A stretch of 64,000 nt of DNA from Gemmatimonadota bacterium (GCA_034521595.1 JAXHMG010000003.1:1536001-1600000); one strand, 5' to 3'; positions 51,842 through 60,735 are shown, counted from the stretch's first letter. Made by a program: numbers and translations. Notes: generated by a model not told the origin, from the sequence alone.

Positions 51842-52339
51842 CTACGACTCGTCCGGCTCGGGAACCACCACCTCGACGAGCTCGAGATCGAAGACCAGGA
51901 TGCCTTGCGATCCCCGAACCCCGTAGGCCAGCTCGGGCGGGATGACGATCTTACGCTCCCCTCCGACGCGCATGCCGAGCACGCCTTCGTCGAACCCGTC
52001 GATCACCTCGTCGTTGTCGACGGTGAACGTGAACGGGTCACCTACCTCGGTCGAATCGAAGGGCTCGCCGTTCCGTAGCCGTCCGAGGTAGTGGAGGGTG
52101 ACTTCCGCGCCCGAGGTGGCCTCGGCGCCGTCGCCTTCGACCAGATCCTGGTAGTAGAGACCGGACTCGGTTTCCGTCATCTGATCGAGATCGACCCCGA
52201 GCGACTCGTGGAACTCCACCTCCTCGATGACCTCGAAGGGAGGCGGCTCGGTCGGTGAGTCTCCGCATGCCGCCGTGGCCATGACCGCGGTCAACACCAC
52301 GGCGAACGGGCGTGACGCCCGTTTCGACATCGTCTGCAT
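51842..52339 (-). CDS. FKBP-type peptidyl-prolyl isomerase, lipoprotein
   Basis: Lipobox TAAC; HYLGRL, FDS, VIDGFDEG, IPPELAYG, LVFDLEL. Confidence 0.9.
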   Translation of the reverse strand: MQTMSKRASRPFAVVLTAVMATAACGDSPTEPPPFEVIEEVEFHESLGVDLDQMTETESGLYYQDLVEGDGAEATSGAEVTLHYLGRLRNGEPFDSTEVGDPFTFTVDNDEVIDGFDEGVLGMRVGGERKIVIPPELAYGVRGSQGILVFDLELVEVVVPEPDES

Positions 52340-52407
52340 GCGTCCGGCGCTCCTCGTAGGGGGAGTCTCTGGAACCCGGACACCACTCCGAAGGTCCGTG
52401 CTCATGC

Positions 52408-53976
52408 TCAGCCGCCCGCCGCACCGGCAAGGATCCGATCCAGCACGGCGGGATCGCCCTGAACCGCCGTGCGGCGCTGGTACAGGCGCAGCCCCGAGAG
52501 TCCGCCCAGCTCGGCGCCGTTTCCGGCGCGCCCCGGTCCTCCGTGCAGGAGGCCGGGCATGACCATTCCGGAACCCATCGCCGCGTCGGTCACGCCGCTC
52601 GAGCCCAGATAGATGCGACCGTTCCACTGCGCGAAGCCGGTGACCACGCGCTCGAGCCAGTCGGGATCATCTCCGTAGGCGCTCGCGACCAAGCTCCCCC
52701 GACCCATCGCGACGATCTCCGTAGCCTCCTCGGGCGTTCCGTCGTAGGGAAGGATCGAAGACACCGGGCCGAACACCTCGCGCTCGTGCGCGACCTTCGC
52801 GGACCGCGCGTCGTCGAAGCGCACCAGGGTGGGGCGCACGAAGTACCCTTTCCCTTCCGGCGCGCCGACGCCGTCCATCGGCTCCGAGCCGCCCAGCAAC
52901 AAGGTCCCCTCGGCCGCGAGCGCGTCGATGCCGGCACGCGTGTCGCGCAGCTGACGAGCACTGGTCACGGGCCCCATCTGAACGGAGGAATCGGCCGTAT
53001 TCCCGACCACCACCTGCTCCAACTCGCTGGTCAGATCAGCCGCCACCCGCTCCACCGCATCGGCGGGCACGAGGATCCGGCGCACGGCGGTGCACTTCTG
53101 GCCGGTCTTCTGCGTGATCTCCCGAACCACGTCTTTCAGGAAGAGCCGATACAAATCGGAATCGGGGTCGACCCCCGGCGCCAACACGGCGCTGTTCAAG
53201 GAGTCCGCCTCCACGTTCACCGTCACGTTGCGCTCGAGGATCTCGGGCGCGGAGCGCAGTTGAAGGCCCGTGTCCGCCGAGCCGGTGAACGCCAGCACGT
53301 CCCGCTCGTCCAGGTGGTTCAACAGGTCTCCCGCGGATCCGGCCACGAGCTGGACGGCACCCTCGGGAATCACGTCGGCCTCGTCGAGGATCTCCATCAT
53401 GCGCCAGGTCACGAGCGCCGTGCTGGTCGCCGGCTTCACGATGACCGGCATTCCGGCCAGAAGGGCGCAAGCCGCCTTTTCCCCGAAGCCCCAGGCGGGG
53501 AAGTTGAACGCGTTCACCAGAACCGCCACGCCTTCTTTCGGAGCGAGCACGTGCCGGCCCACCCAGTCCCCGTCACGGGAAAGGGGAACCGAGTCCCCGT
53601 CGAGCATCAGGCGTGCGTCACCCAGTCCCTTCCCGAAGTGCGCGTACGCGGCGAGCGTCCCGGTCGCACCGTCCACGTCGAACTTCGCGTCCCCCTTGGT
53701 GTTCCCGCCGTCCTCCTTGGCCAGGTCGAGGAGCTCGTCCCTGTGCTCGCCCAGCGCCTTGGACATCGCCTTCAGCATCGCCGCGCGCTCTCCGAGGGTG
53801 AGCTCCCGGAGCGAAGGCCCGCCCACCTCACGGGCGTAGCGTACCGCCCCCGCGAAATCGAGTCCTTCGGTCGAAGTCTCGGCGACGGGCTCTTCCGTCG
53901 ACGGGTTCACCAGGACGGAGGGCTTTCCGGAGCCCTTCTGCCAGCGTCCGTTCACGAAGCTCTTCAGCGTGATCAT
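52408..53976 (-). CDS. PaaZ/BoxD-like acyl-CoA semialdehyde dehydrogenase (ALDH domain only)
   Basis: NAFNFPAWG, KPAT, FTGSA, VEADSLN, GQKCTAVRR, HGGPGRAG; no MaoC domain. Confidence 0.85.
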   Translation of the reverse strand: MITLKSFVNGRWQKGSGKPSVLVNPSTEEPVAETSTEGLDFAGAVRYAREVGGPSLRELTLGERAAMLKAMSKALGEHRDELLDLAKEDGGNTKGDAKFDVDGATGTLAAYAHFGKGLGDARLMLDGDSVPLSRDGDWVGRHVLAPKEGVAVLVNAFNFPAWGFGEKAACALLAGMPVIVKPATSTALVTWRMMEILDEADVIPEGAVQLVAGSAGDLLNHLDERDVLAFTGSADTGLQLRSAPEILERNVTVNVEADSLNSAVLAPGVDPDSDLYRLFLKDVVREITQKTGQKCTAVRRILVPADAVERVAADLTSELEQVVVGNTADSSVQMGPVTSARQLRDTRAGIDALAAEGTLLLGGSEPMDGVGAPEGKGYFVRPTLVRFDDARSAKVAHEREVFGPVSSILPYDGTPEEATEIVAMGRGSLVASAYGDDPDWLERVVTGFAQWNGRIYLGSSGVTDAAMGSGMVMPGLLHGGPGRAGNGAELGGLSGLRLYQRRTAVQGDPAVLDRILAGAAGG

Positions 53977-54074
53977 ATCTCAGGTCCAGTCCGGGATGTG
54001 CGGTTCGAGCACCCGAACAGTAGGCACAGCGGGAAGGCGGACAAGGGGGTGGTAGCCAGGACCAGGCCGGCCGG

Positions 54075-54275
54075 GTGGCCGCGCTGCGAGAGCGGAGCGC
54101 GAGCGCGCACCGGATCTTCCTGGGCAGCGAGGACGGGACCGCCACGCTCACGCTCGAGGACACGTCGGGCCGCCCGCGCATCCGCATGTACGTGGACTCG
54201 ACCGACCCGGCCCGGCTCGAGTTCCCGGACGAGGCGGGCGAGGTGGTGAGTGCGTATCCGTCGGCGGGTGAGTGA
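54075..54275 (+). pseudogene. Probable C-terminal remnant of a conserved hypothetical protein
   Basis: RIFLGSEDGTATLTLEDTSGRPRIRMYVD...LEFPDEAGEVV is protein-like, but there is no credible start or RBS. Confidence 0.4.
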
Positions 54276-54302
54276 AGGCGGATTCGGTCGTCCGCCGGCC
54301 AC

Positions 54303-55610
54303 TCACTCCAGATCGAGCGCGAATATCGGTCCGTCGGTCGTGAGCGCTCGGCACGCGTCCAACAGCGCTCGCGCCCGCGCCTCGTCGAACTCCGCCCACC
54401 GGAAGAGCCCGTCCACCTTCGCGTCGAGCGCGTCGTCATCGAGCGGACGGTCGGGGTCCCCGGTCGCGGTCTCACGCAGGACGCGGTGGCGCCCTCCATC
54501 GCCGGTCTCGACCGTGATCGCGGCGCCCCAGCGGTCCGGGTAGGCCTGAGCCAGGTCGGAGCTCGTCCGCACCGCGACGTGCGGCAGCAGGGTGCGCACG
54601 GCCGAATCCTCCAGCGCGTCCGGCTCGAAAGCCTCCAGGCCGGGCCGGCCGTGGAGAAGCGTCCGCGCCACCGCGTACTGCATGCTGAAGCGCGCCTCGT
54701 GGGGCGTGCGTGGGTCCGGTCGATCGGTCACGTCCAACGCCGCCGGATAGCTCTCGACCTGGATGCTCGCCGGGTCGCCCGGGTTCGGGCCGAGCACGTC
54801 GCGTAGCTCCAGCGCGGCGTCGATGGCGGGGTGGACGTGGCGGCAGCAAGGATAGGGCTTCATGGACGTCTCGGGGAGCTTCCATCCGGAGCCCTCGGCC
54901 AGCACGGCTTCGGGCCGAGCATCCGGGCACAGCGCACGGAAAAGCCCCTTCTCGCCCTCCAGAATCCGCTCGGCACCCGTGAAGCCGCGGGCCGCCAGGA
55001 GCGCCGCACGGAGGCCGGCGGCCGCGGCGTGGCCGGCGTGCAGCGGCTTGCTCATCGCCCCCTCTTCGTTGAACTGCCACAGCCCGGCCGCCTGGGTTCC
55101 CGCGCTCCCGAGCGCCCACACCCAACCGTCCTCGTCGAGATCCAGGAGGGACGCCGCCGCGGCCGCCGCCCCGAAGACGCCGGCCGTCGCCGTGTTGTGG
55201 AAGGTCCGGTAGTGCGCGGGTCCGAGCGCCTCCCCGATGCGGGTCATGACCTCGTAGCCGGCGAGCGTGGCGCGGAGCGCCGCGTGCCCGCCCGCCCGCT
55301 GCTCCGCGCCGAGGAGGAGCGCGACCGGCACCACGACACACCCCGGGTGGGTCACGGAGGTCCGGTGCAGATCGTCCGTCTCGGTCACGTGGGAGAAGGC
55401 GGCGGCCAGAAACACGCGGCCCTCCAGCTGCCTCGCCTCGGCGCCGTAGGCACTCAGGATTCGGCCCGTCGGCGCTGCACGACCCGCGACGAACGATCCG
55501 AGCCAATCCCGCACGAACCGCTCCGCGTGCGCCCGGTCTTCGGGCTGCACGTCACGGGCACGGACCAGCCGCGTCAGCCCTCTCGTGAGGCTCTCAGCGG
55601 GCCCGGTCAC
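54303..55610 (-). CDS. MmgE/PrpD family protein
   Basis: HVTETDDLH, HPGCVV, FHNTAT, KPLHAG, KPYPCCRHVHP, ARFSMQY; GTGA overlap with the CoA-transferase gene. Confidence 0.9.
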   Translation of the reverse strand: MTGPAESLTRGLTRLVRARDVQPEDRAHAERFVRDWLGSFVAGRAAPTGRILSAYGAEARQLEGRVFLAAAFSHVTETDDLHRTSVTHPGCVVVPVALLLGAEQRAGGHAALRATLAGYEVMTRIGEALGPAHYRTFHNTATAGVFGAAAAAASLLDLDEDGWVWALGSAGTQAAGLWQFNEEGAMSKPLHAGHAAAAGLRAALLAARGFTGAERILEGEKGLFRALCPDARPEAVLAEGSGWKLPETSMKPYPCCRHVHPAIDAALELRDVLGPNPGDPASIQVESYPAALDVTDRPDPRTPHEARFSMQYAVARTLLHGRPGLEAFEPDALEDSAVRTLLPHVAVRTSSDLAQAYPDRWGAAITVETGDGGRHRVLRETATGDPDRPLDDDALDAKVDGLFRWAEFDEARARALLDACRALTTDGPIFALDLE

Positions 55611-56752
55611 GAGCCGAACTCCGTCCGTAGAGCCGCGCCGTCCGCGTCGAGGTCGGGAACCCGGACCGGCTCCTCCTTCTCCGCTCCACGGTCCCCTTCC
55701 CGTTCCCGCCACGCGACCGGATCGCCGGGGACCCGCACCCGCCCGTTCGGCGTCTCGATCTCGGTCAACGCGAGCTGCGGATGGGCGGCGAAGTCCTCCA
55801 CCGAGCGCACGCGTCCGAACGCAATGCTCGCTTCCGAGAGCCGTCCGCCGAGCTCGTCGGTGGAAAGCCTGCCCATGGCATCCTGAAGCTCCGCCACGAG
55901 CGCGTTCCGGTGCTCGACCCGGCCGGGGTTGTCGGTGAAGCGCGGATCGATCGCGAGCTCGGGACGGTCGAGGACGCGCTCGCACAGGCGGACCCACTCC
56001 CGCTCGTTTTGCACGGCCACGAGCACGGTGTCCCCGTCCCTCGAATCGAACGGCCCGTACGGGGCGATGCTCGGGTGCCGGAGCCCCGTCCGCTCGGGCG
56101 CTCGGCCGCCGTAGACCTGGTGGAGGTAGGGCACCGACATCCAGTCGGCGATCGCGCTGAAGAGCGACACCTCGAGGGCCGCCCCCTCACCGGAGCGGTC
56201 ACGGACGCGCAAAGCCTCGAGCACGCCCGTGTACACGTGCATGCCGGCCGCGATGTCGCAAACCGAGATCCCCACCCGCGCCGGGCTCTCGGGCGTCCCG
56301 GTCACCGCGTGAAGTCCCGCTTCACCCTGGACGAGGCTGTCGTAGGCCTTCATCTCCGCATAAGGACCGCGCTCACCGTAGCCCGAGACGTCACACGTGA
56401 TCAGCCGCGGATGAGCGTTCCGGAGGTCCTCGGAGCCGAACCCGGCCCGCGCCGCGGCTCCCGGCGCCAGGTTTTGCACGAACACGTCGGCCCGCGACAC
56501 CATCCGCCGCAGAAGCGCCGCGCCGTCGGGGTCCTTCAGGTCGATCACCACCGACTCTTTCCCCCGATTCAGCCAGACGAAGTAGGCGCTACCTCCATCC
56601 ACGACCCGGTCGTACCCGCGCGCGAAGTCGCCTCCGGGCCGCTCGACCTTGATCACCCGCGCGCCCGCATCGGCCATCTTGCGGGTGGCCAGCGGCACGG
56701 CGACGGCTTGCTCGACGCTCACCACGAGGACGCCCTCGAGGGGACGGGTCAT
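55607..56752 (-). CDS. CaiB/BaiF (family III) CoA-transferase
   Basis: PLEGVLVV, ADAGARVIKVERP, NRGKES, SGYGERGP, DIAAG. Confidence 0.92.
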   Translation of the reverse strand: MTRPLEGVLVVSVEQAVAVPLATRKMADAGARVIKVERPGGDFARGYDRVVDGGSAYFVWLNRGKESVVIDLKDPDGAALLRRMVSRADVFVQNLAPGAAARAGFGSEDLRNAHPRLITCDVSGYGERGPYAEMKAYDSLVQGEAGLHAVTGTPESPARVGISVCDIAAGMHVYTGVLEALRVRDRSGEGAALEVSLFSAIADWMSVPYLHQVYGGRAPERTGLRHPSIAPYGPFDSRDGDTVLVAVQNEREWVRLCERVLDRPELAIDPRFTDNPGRVEHRNALVAELQDAMGRLSTDELGGRLSEASIAFGRVRSVEDFAAHPQLALTEIETPNGRVRVPGDPVAWREREGDRGAEKEEPVRVPDLDADGAALRTEFGS

Positions 56753-56791
56753 CGGACGAACCGGGGATCAGGGCTCATGTCGGGCCTTCCT

Positions 56792-57814
56792 TCAGTAGGC
56801 AGCGAGCCAGCGGGCGGCCGTGACGATGTCGTCCACCTGCGGCAAAAAGTAGTCCTCCAGGGTCGGTGCGTAGGGGATCGGCGTGTCGATGGCGGTCACC
56901 CGCGCGATGGGCGCGTCGAGCCATTCGAACGCGCGCTCGTTCACCCGCATCGAGATCTCCCCGGCGATCCCTCCGGTCCGCGTGTCCTCGTGCACCACGA
57001 GCAGGCGGCTCGTCCGGCGCACGCTCTCCGCGACCGCCTCCACATCGAGGGGCAGCAACGTCCGCAAATCGAGGATCTCCACGTCCAACCCGTCCTCTTC
57101 CTCGAGACGCTCCACGGCCTCGGCGGCCAAGTGCACCATCCTTCCGTACGTCACCATCGTCAGGTCCCGGCCCTCGCGCACCGTGCGCGCCTTCCCGATC
57201 GGGACCACGAAGTCCTCCGACGGGAGCACCTCACGCAGCTTCGGATCCCGGTAGAGGAGCTTGTGCTCCTCGAAGATCACCGGATTGTCGTCGCGGATGG
57301 CCGCCTTGATCAACCCCTTCGCGTCCCGGGGCGTCGAGGGATACACGATCTTCAGCCCCGGCGTGTGGAAGAAGGCCATCTCCACGCTCTGGGCATGGAA
57401 GGCTCCACTCCGTGCGCCGGCGCCGACCGGTCCCCGGATGACCACGGGCATCGGGCCGGAGCCCCGCCACAGCGACGTGGCGAGATAGTTGGTGACCACG
57501 TTGTACGCCGAGGAGATGAAGTCCATGAACTGCATCTCCACCACCGGCCGGAGCCCCATGTGCGCCGCCCCGGCGGCGGCGCCGGTGAAGCCCGCTTCGC
57601 TGATGGGCGTGTCGAACACGCGCCCGGCGCCGAAGTGCGCGCGAAAGCCCGCCGTGAGCTTGAACGCGCCGCCGTATACCCCCACGTCCTCGCCGAGCAG
57701 CACCACACGCTCGTCGTCCTCCATCTCCTCGAACAGGCCCTCGGCGATGGCGTCCAGAAAGCCGACCGGCTCCCCGCGCGCGGAGCCGCTGACGTGCTCG
57801 GGCTCAGACGTCAT
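56792..57814 (-). CDS. 2-oxoacid dehydrogenase E1 beta subunit
   Basis: GEDVG..GGAF, DTPISE, EMQFMDF, HAQS, DLRTLLPLD. Confidence 0.92.
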   Translation of the reverse strand: MTSEPEHVSGSARGEPVGFLDAIAEGLFEEMEDDERVVLLGEDVGVYGGAFKLTAGFRAHFGAGRVFDTPISEAGFTGAAAGAAHMGLRPVVEMQFMDFISSAYNVVTNYLATSLWRGSGPMPVVIRGPVGAGARSGAFHAQSVEMAFFHTPGLKIVYPSTPRDAKGLIKAAIRDDNPVIFEEHKLLYRDPKLREVLPSEDFVVPIGKARTVREGRDLTMVTYGRMVHLAAEAVERLEEEDGLDVEILDLRTLLPLDVEAVAESVRRTSRLLVVHEDTRTGGIAGEISMRVNERAFEWLDAPIARVTAIDTPIPYAPTLEDYFLPQVDDIVTAARWLAAY

Positions 57815-58871
57815 GCGGATCCGGACGCGCGAGCCTCGTCCACGGACGGGGCAGCGTCACGTCCGTGTAGATCCGGTCGAGCGCCGTGGCCCCCTCGGGC
57901 AGAGGCTCGGCGAGCGCCTCGTCCGCGGCCCGCTCCGCCTCCGTCCGGGCACCGGCGGCCACGTCCTCCAACTCGTCCGGCGTGGCCCACTCCTCGCTGA
58001 GGAGCCGCTGCTCGAACAGATCGATCGGGTCGCGCGACGCCCAGTGCTCGAGCTCCTCGGGCGGCACGTAGTCCTGCGCGTCGTGCTGCGCGTGCCCCCG
58101 CCGCCGGTAGGTCACCACCTCGAGCAGGCTCGCCCCGTGCCCGGCCCGGGCGCGGGCCACGGCACGGGCGGCGGCCTCGTAGCAGGCCACGACATCGTTG
58201 CCGTCGACGCTCTCCCCCGGAATGCCGTACCCGACGGCCTTGTCCGCCAGCCGTTTCGCGCGGGTCTGCTTCCGGGTCGGCGTCGAGAAGGCATAGCCGT
58301 TCGCTTCGAGCACCATGACCATCGGGCACTCCTGCACCGCCGCGAAGTTGAGGCCCTCGTGGAACTCCCCCGTCGAGCTGCCACCGTCCCCGAGATACGC
58401 CATCCCGACGCGATCCTCACCCCGCAGCCGGAAGGCCCACGTCATACCGGCCATCACCTCGACCATGGTTCCCAGGTGGGAAATCGGCCCGACGAGACCC
58501 CGATCGAAATCGGTGAAGTGGACGCCCGTCTCACGGCCACGGGAAAGGCTCGTCGCGCGTGCGAGGTAATGGCGGAGGTAGTCGATCGGCTCCCCACCGT
58601 GCGTGAAGATGGCCCCGGTGTCACGGATCAGGTATGTCATCACGTCGCCCGTGCCGTCCGAGCGCGCCCTGAGCGCGAAGGCCGTCCCGACCGCCGCGCC
58701 CTCTTGGCCGAGGGACCGGTAGACGCCTCCGTGCACGTGGCCCTGGCGGAACAGGAGCTCGAGCCGCTCCTCCGTGGCGCGCGCGAGATGCATGAGCCGG
58801 CACATCTCGAGGAGCTGCGCCCGGCTCGGTTCCGGGGTCACCTGCGTGGCGGAAGCATCGCTGGAGCACAT
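57804..58871 (-). CDS. 2-oxoacid dehydrogenase E1 alpha subunit (ThDP-dependent)
   Basis: GQEG, GDGGSSTGEFHEGLNFAAV...N, VDGND, TYRRRGHAQHD. Confidence 0.9.
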   Translation of the reverse strand: MCSSDASATQVTPEPSRAQLLEMCRLMHLARATEERLELLFRQGHVHGGVYRSLGQEGAAVGTAFALRARSDGTGDVMTYLIRDTGAIFTHGGEPIDYLRHYLARATSLSRGRETGVHFTDFDRGLVGPISHLGTMVEVMAGMTWAFRLRGEDRVGMAYLGDGGSSTGEFHEGLNFAAVQECPMVMVLEANGYAFSTPTRKQTRAKRLADKAVGYGIPGESVDGNDVVACYEAAARAVARARAGHGASLLEVVTYRRRGHAQHDAQDYVPPEELEHWASRDPIDLFEQRLLSEEWATPDELEDVAAGARTEAERAADEALAEPLPEGATALDRIYTDVTLPRPWTRLARPDPHDV

Positions 58872-58995
58872 GGTCGTCGTCACCCGAATCACCCGTTCTC
58901 TCGTGGATCGGGCGCCACCATAACTCCGGTGCTTCACCCCTCGCAATTCGGAGGCCTTTCCACGCCACGACCGGAATCGACCCGCGCGGGCCCGA

Positions 58996-59703
58996 TCACC
59001 GCAAGGACGACGAGCCCGCGGTCGAGTGCGACGCGCGACGCACGTTGTAGCGGTATCCGACCCAGATGAGCACCAAGCCGACGAGCTCGGTCATGTAGAG
59101 CACCTCCGTGGCGCCCATGCGAGCCGCCGTTCCCCCGATCCCCGGCAGGACCGCGCCCATCGCGATGTAGACGTTGCCGAGGAAGCGGTGACGCAGGCCC
59201 GGATCTCCGCGGTACCGAAGCGCTGAAACCACGGCCCCTCCCGCCAGCAGGACGAGGGCGTAGGTGTTGATGAACGGGCTGAACATGCGGGCCTCGGGCC
59301 AGGCGAGCGCGGCCCCCGTCAGTCCGTACGGCTCCACGGCCGCGAGATCGATCGGCGAGCGGATCACGACAGTCGCGGCGACCGCCACCAGGAGGCCGAG
59401 CGCGGCCGTCAGCCCATGCGCCACCCGCCGCTGGAGCATGAGGTAGGCGGTCCCTTGAGCCAGCGGCGCGGCACCGAGCAACGCCCCGCTCACATACCAA
59501 GCGCGGAAGACCGGCTCGCTCCAGCCGAACAACGTCGTCACCGACTCGGTCAGGGTGCCGAATCCGTAGCACACCACCCCGATCCCCCACCAGAAGAGAT
59601 GCGGTGCCGGACGCTTGCGGCTCCAGCGACCGAGAACCGCGGGCGCGAACCCGGCCGCGACGAGCGTCGTCGCGAGAGGCAGGTAGTGGATGAGTTCGGA
59701 CAC
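58996..59703 (-). CDS. Hypothetical integral membrane protein (about 6-7 TM)
   Basis: Hydrophobic helices; WWGIG..YG, FRAWYVSGA, LAQGTAYL. Confidence 0.75.
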   Translation of the reverse strand: MSELIHYLPLATTLVAAGFAPAVLGRWSRKRPAPHLFWWGIGVVCYGFGTLTESVTTLFGWSEPVFRAWYVSGALLGAAPLAQGTAYLMLQRRVAHGLTAALGLLVAVAATVVIRSPIDLAAVEPYGLTGAALAWPEARMFSPFINTYALVLLAGGAVVSALRYRGDPGLRHRFLGNVYIAMGAVLPGIGGTAARMGATEVLYMTELVGLVLIWVGYRYNVRRASHSTAGSSSLR

Positions 59704-59784
59704 GGGCAGGCGGCGATCTCGGAAAGGGATGGGCGCAACGTACGGAACGCCCCCACCCTCGCCAAGCGTGAGCTCCACCGGGGA

Positions 59785-59833
59785 AGAACGACGAAGCCCC
59801 GGAGGCCGCAAAGCCTTCCGGGGCGTTCGTTCT
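59785..59833 (-). terminator. Hairpin downstream of tRNA-Asn (probable terminator)
   Basis: Minus strand GAACGAACGCCCCGGAAGGC-TTTGCG-GCCTCCGGGGCTTCGTCGTTCTT; weak U-tract. Confidence 0.6.
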
Positions 59834-59838
59834 CTTCA

Positions 59839-59911
59839 CTGGGGCGGCAGGGTTCGAACCTGCAACCTCCTGGTTAACAGCCAGGCGCTCTGCCGATTGA
59901 GCTACACCCCA
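59839..59911 (-). tRNA. tRNA-Asn(GTT), CCA not encoded
   Basis: TGGGGTGTAGCTCAATCGGCAGAGCGCCTGGCTGTTAACCAGGAGGTTGCAGGTTCGAACCCTGCCGCCCCAG: cloverleaf, anticodon GTT, U1-A72, G73. Confidence 0.96.
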
Positions 59912-59974
59912 TCGGCTGGAGGAGGGTCACACCGCAGACCCCCGCCGTACGGCGCTCCCCCACCAACCCTACGC

Positions 59975-60010
59975 AAAACGGCCGCGATCCCGGTCGGGGA
60001 TCGCGGCCGT
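59975..60010 (-). terminator. Attenuator terminator between the Asn leader and tRNA-Asn
   Basis: 14-bp perfect stem ACGGCCGCGATCCC/GGGATCGCGGCCGT, 5-nt loop, then TTTGCG. Confidence 0.8.
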
Positions 60011-60032
60011 CTCGTCCTTCCGAGTCGTTCGG

Positions 60033-60110
60033 CTACGCGATCCCGCGGTCGCAGTCCCGATTGGGATTACGATTCGGATTGGGATTCGAGTTGCCGCGCG
60101 AGATCGTCAT
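60033..60110 (-). CDS. Asn-rich leader peptide MTISRGNSNPNPNRNPNRDCDRGIA
   Basis: 25 sense codons; 6 Asn in codons 7-17 (AAC, then 5x AAT); 3' end complementary to the 5' arm of the terminator. Confidence 0.8.
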   Translation of the reverse strand: MTISRGNSNPNPNRNPNRDCDRGIA

Positions 60111-60228
60111 GTACCAACCTTCACAAGATACGGGCGATCCGTCAACCGGTCAGCTCACCGTGCGCACCCGCACTTGGTCCTGCCCCGTTCTTCTGGAACG
60201 ATTCCGTTCTTGGTGTTACACTCGATTC

Positions 60229-60687
60229 ATGAACGAGTTTGCGGAGGACCTTCGAGCGGCACTCCGGGAGGCGGGCCTTCGGGTCACGGCCCAACGTCTC
60301 GCCATCTTGGGCGTGCTCCGAGACACACCCGGTCATTTGTCCGTCGACCGGGTGACCGAGCAAGTGCGGTCGCGGCTGGGCACGGTATCCCAGCAGGCCG
60401 TCTACGACGCGCTCGGGGTGCTCTCGGGTCTCGGCCTCGCTCGCCGCATCGAGCCCGCGGGGAGCCCCGCGCTCTTCGAGGCCCGCACCGGTGACAACCA
60501 TCACCACGTGGTGTGCCGGCGATGCGGTGCGGTCGAGGACATCGACTGCGCGGTCGGGACCGCCCCCTGCCTCGAAGCCTCCGAGACGCACGGATTCCAG
60601 TTGGATGAGGCGGAAATCACCTTCTGGGGCCTCTGCCCCGGCTGTCAGATGCCTCCCGACCGAGCCGTCGCCCCCACCCCGGGTTGA
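60229..60687 (+). CDS. Fur-family peroxide-responsive regulator (FurA/CatR/PerR-like)
   Basis: GLRVTAQRLAIL, SQQAVYDAL, DNHHHVVCRRC, GLCPGC; upstream of catalase. Extended -10 TGtTACACT lies 6 nt before the ATG. Confidence 0.9.
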   Translation: MNEFAEDLRAALREAGLRVTAQRLAILGVLRDTPGHLSVDRVTEQVRSRLGTVSQQAVYDALGVLSGLGLARRIEPAGSPALFEARTGDNHHHVVCRRCGAVEDIDCAVGTAPCLEASETHGFQLDEAEITFWGLCPGCQMPPDRAVAPTPG

Positions 60688-60735
60688 ACTCGATTCGACC
60701 ATCTCGCGCAGTTACCGACAGGGAGGATGTCAGAC

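Noticed and set aside
59839-59911. tRNA-Asn as an integration (att) site
   Set aside because: No integrase and no duplicated tRNA 3' end seen in the window.
60056-60090. Short tandem GATTGG/GATTCG repeats resembling a microsatellite or mini-CRISPR
   Set aside because: Explained by the AAT-CCN/CGN codons of the Asn leader on the minus strand. No spacers, and no cas genes in the window.
59912-60160. T-box riboswitch as the explanation for the tRNA-Asn leader
   Set aside because: No UGGNACC T-box bulge or stem I motifs are recognisable. The sORF and pairing pattern fit ribosome-mediated attenuation better.
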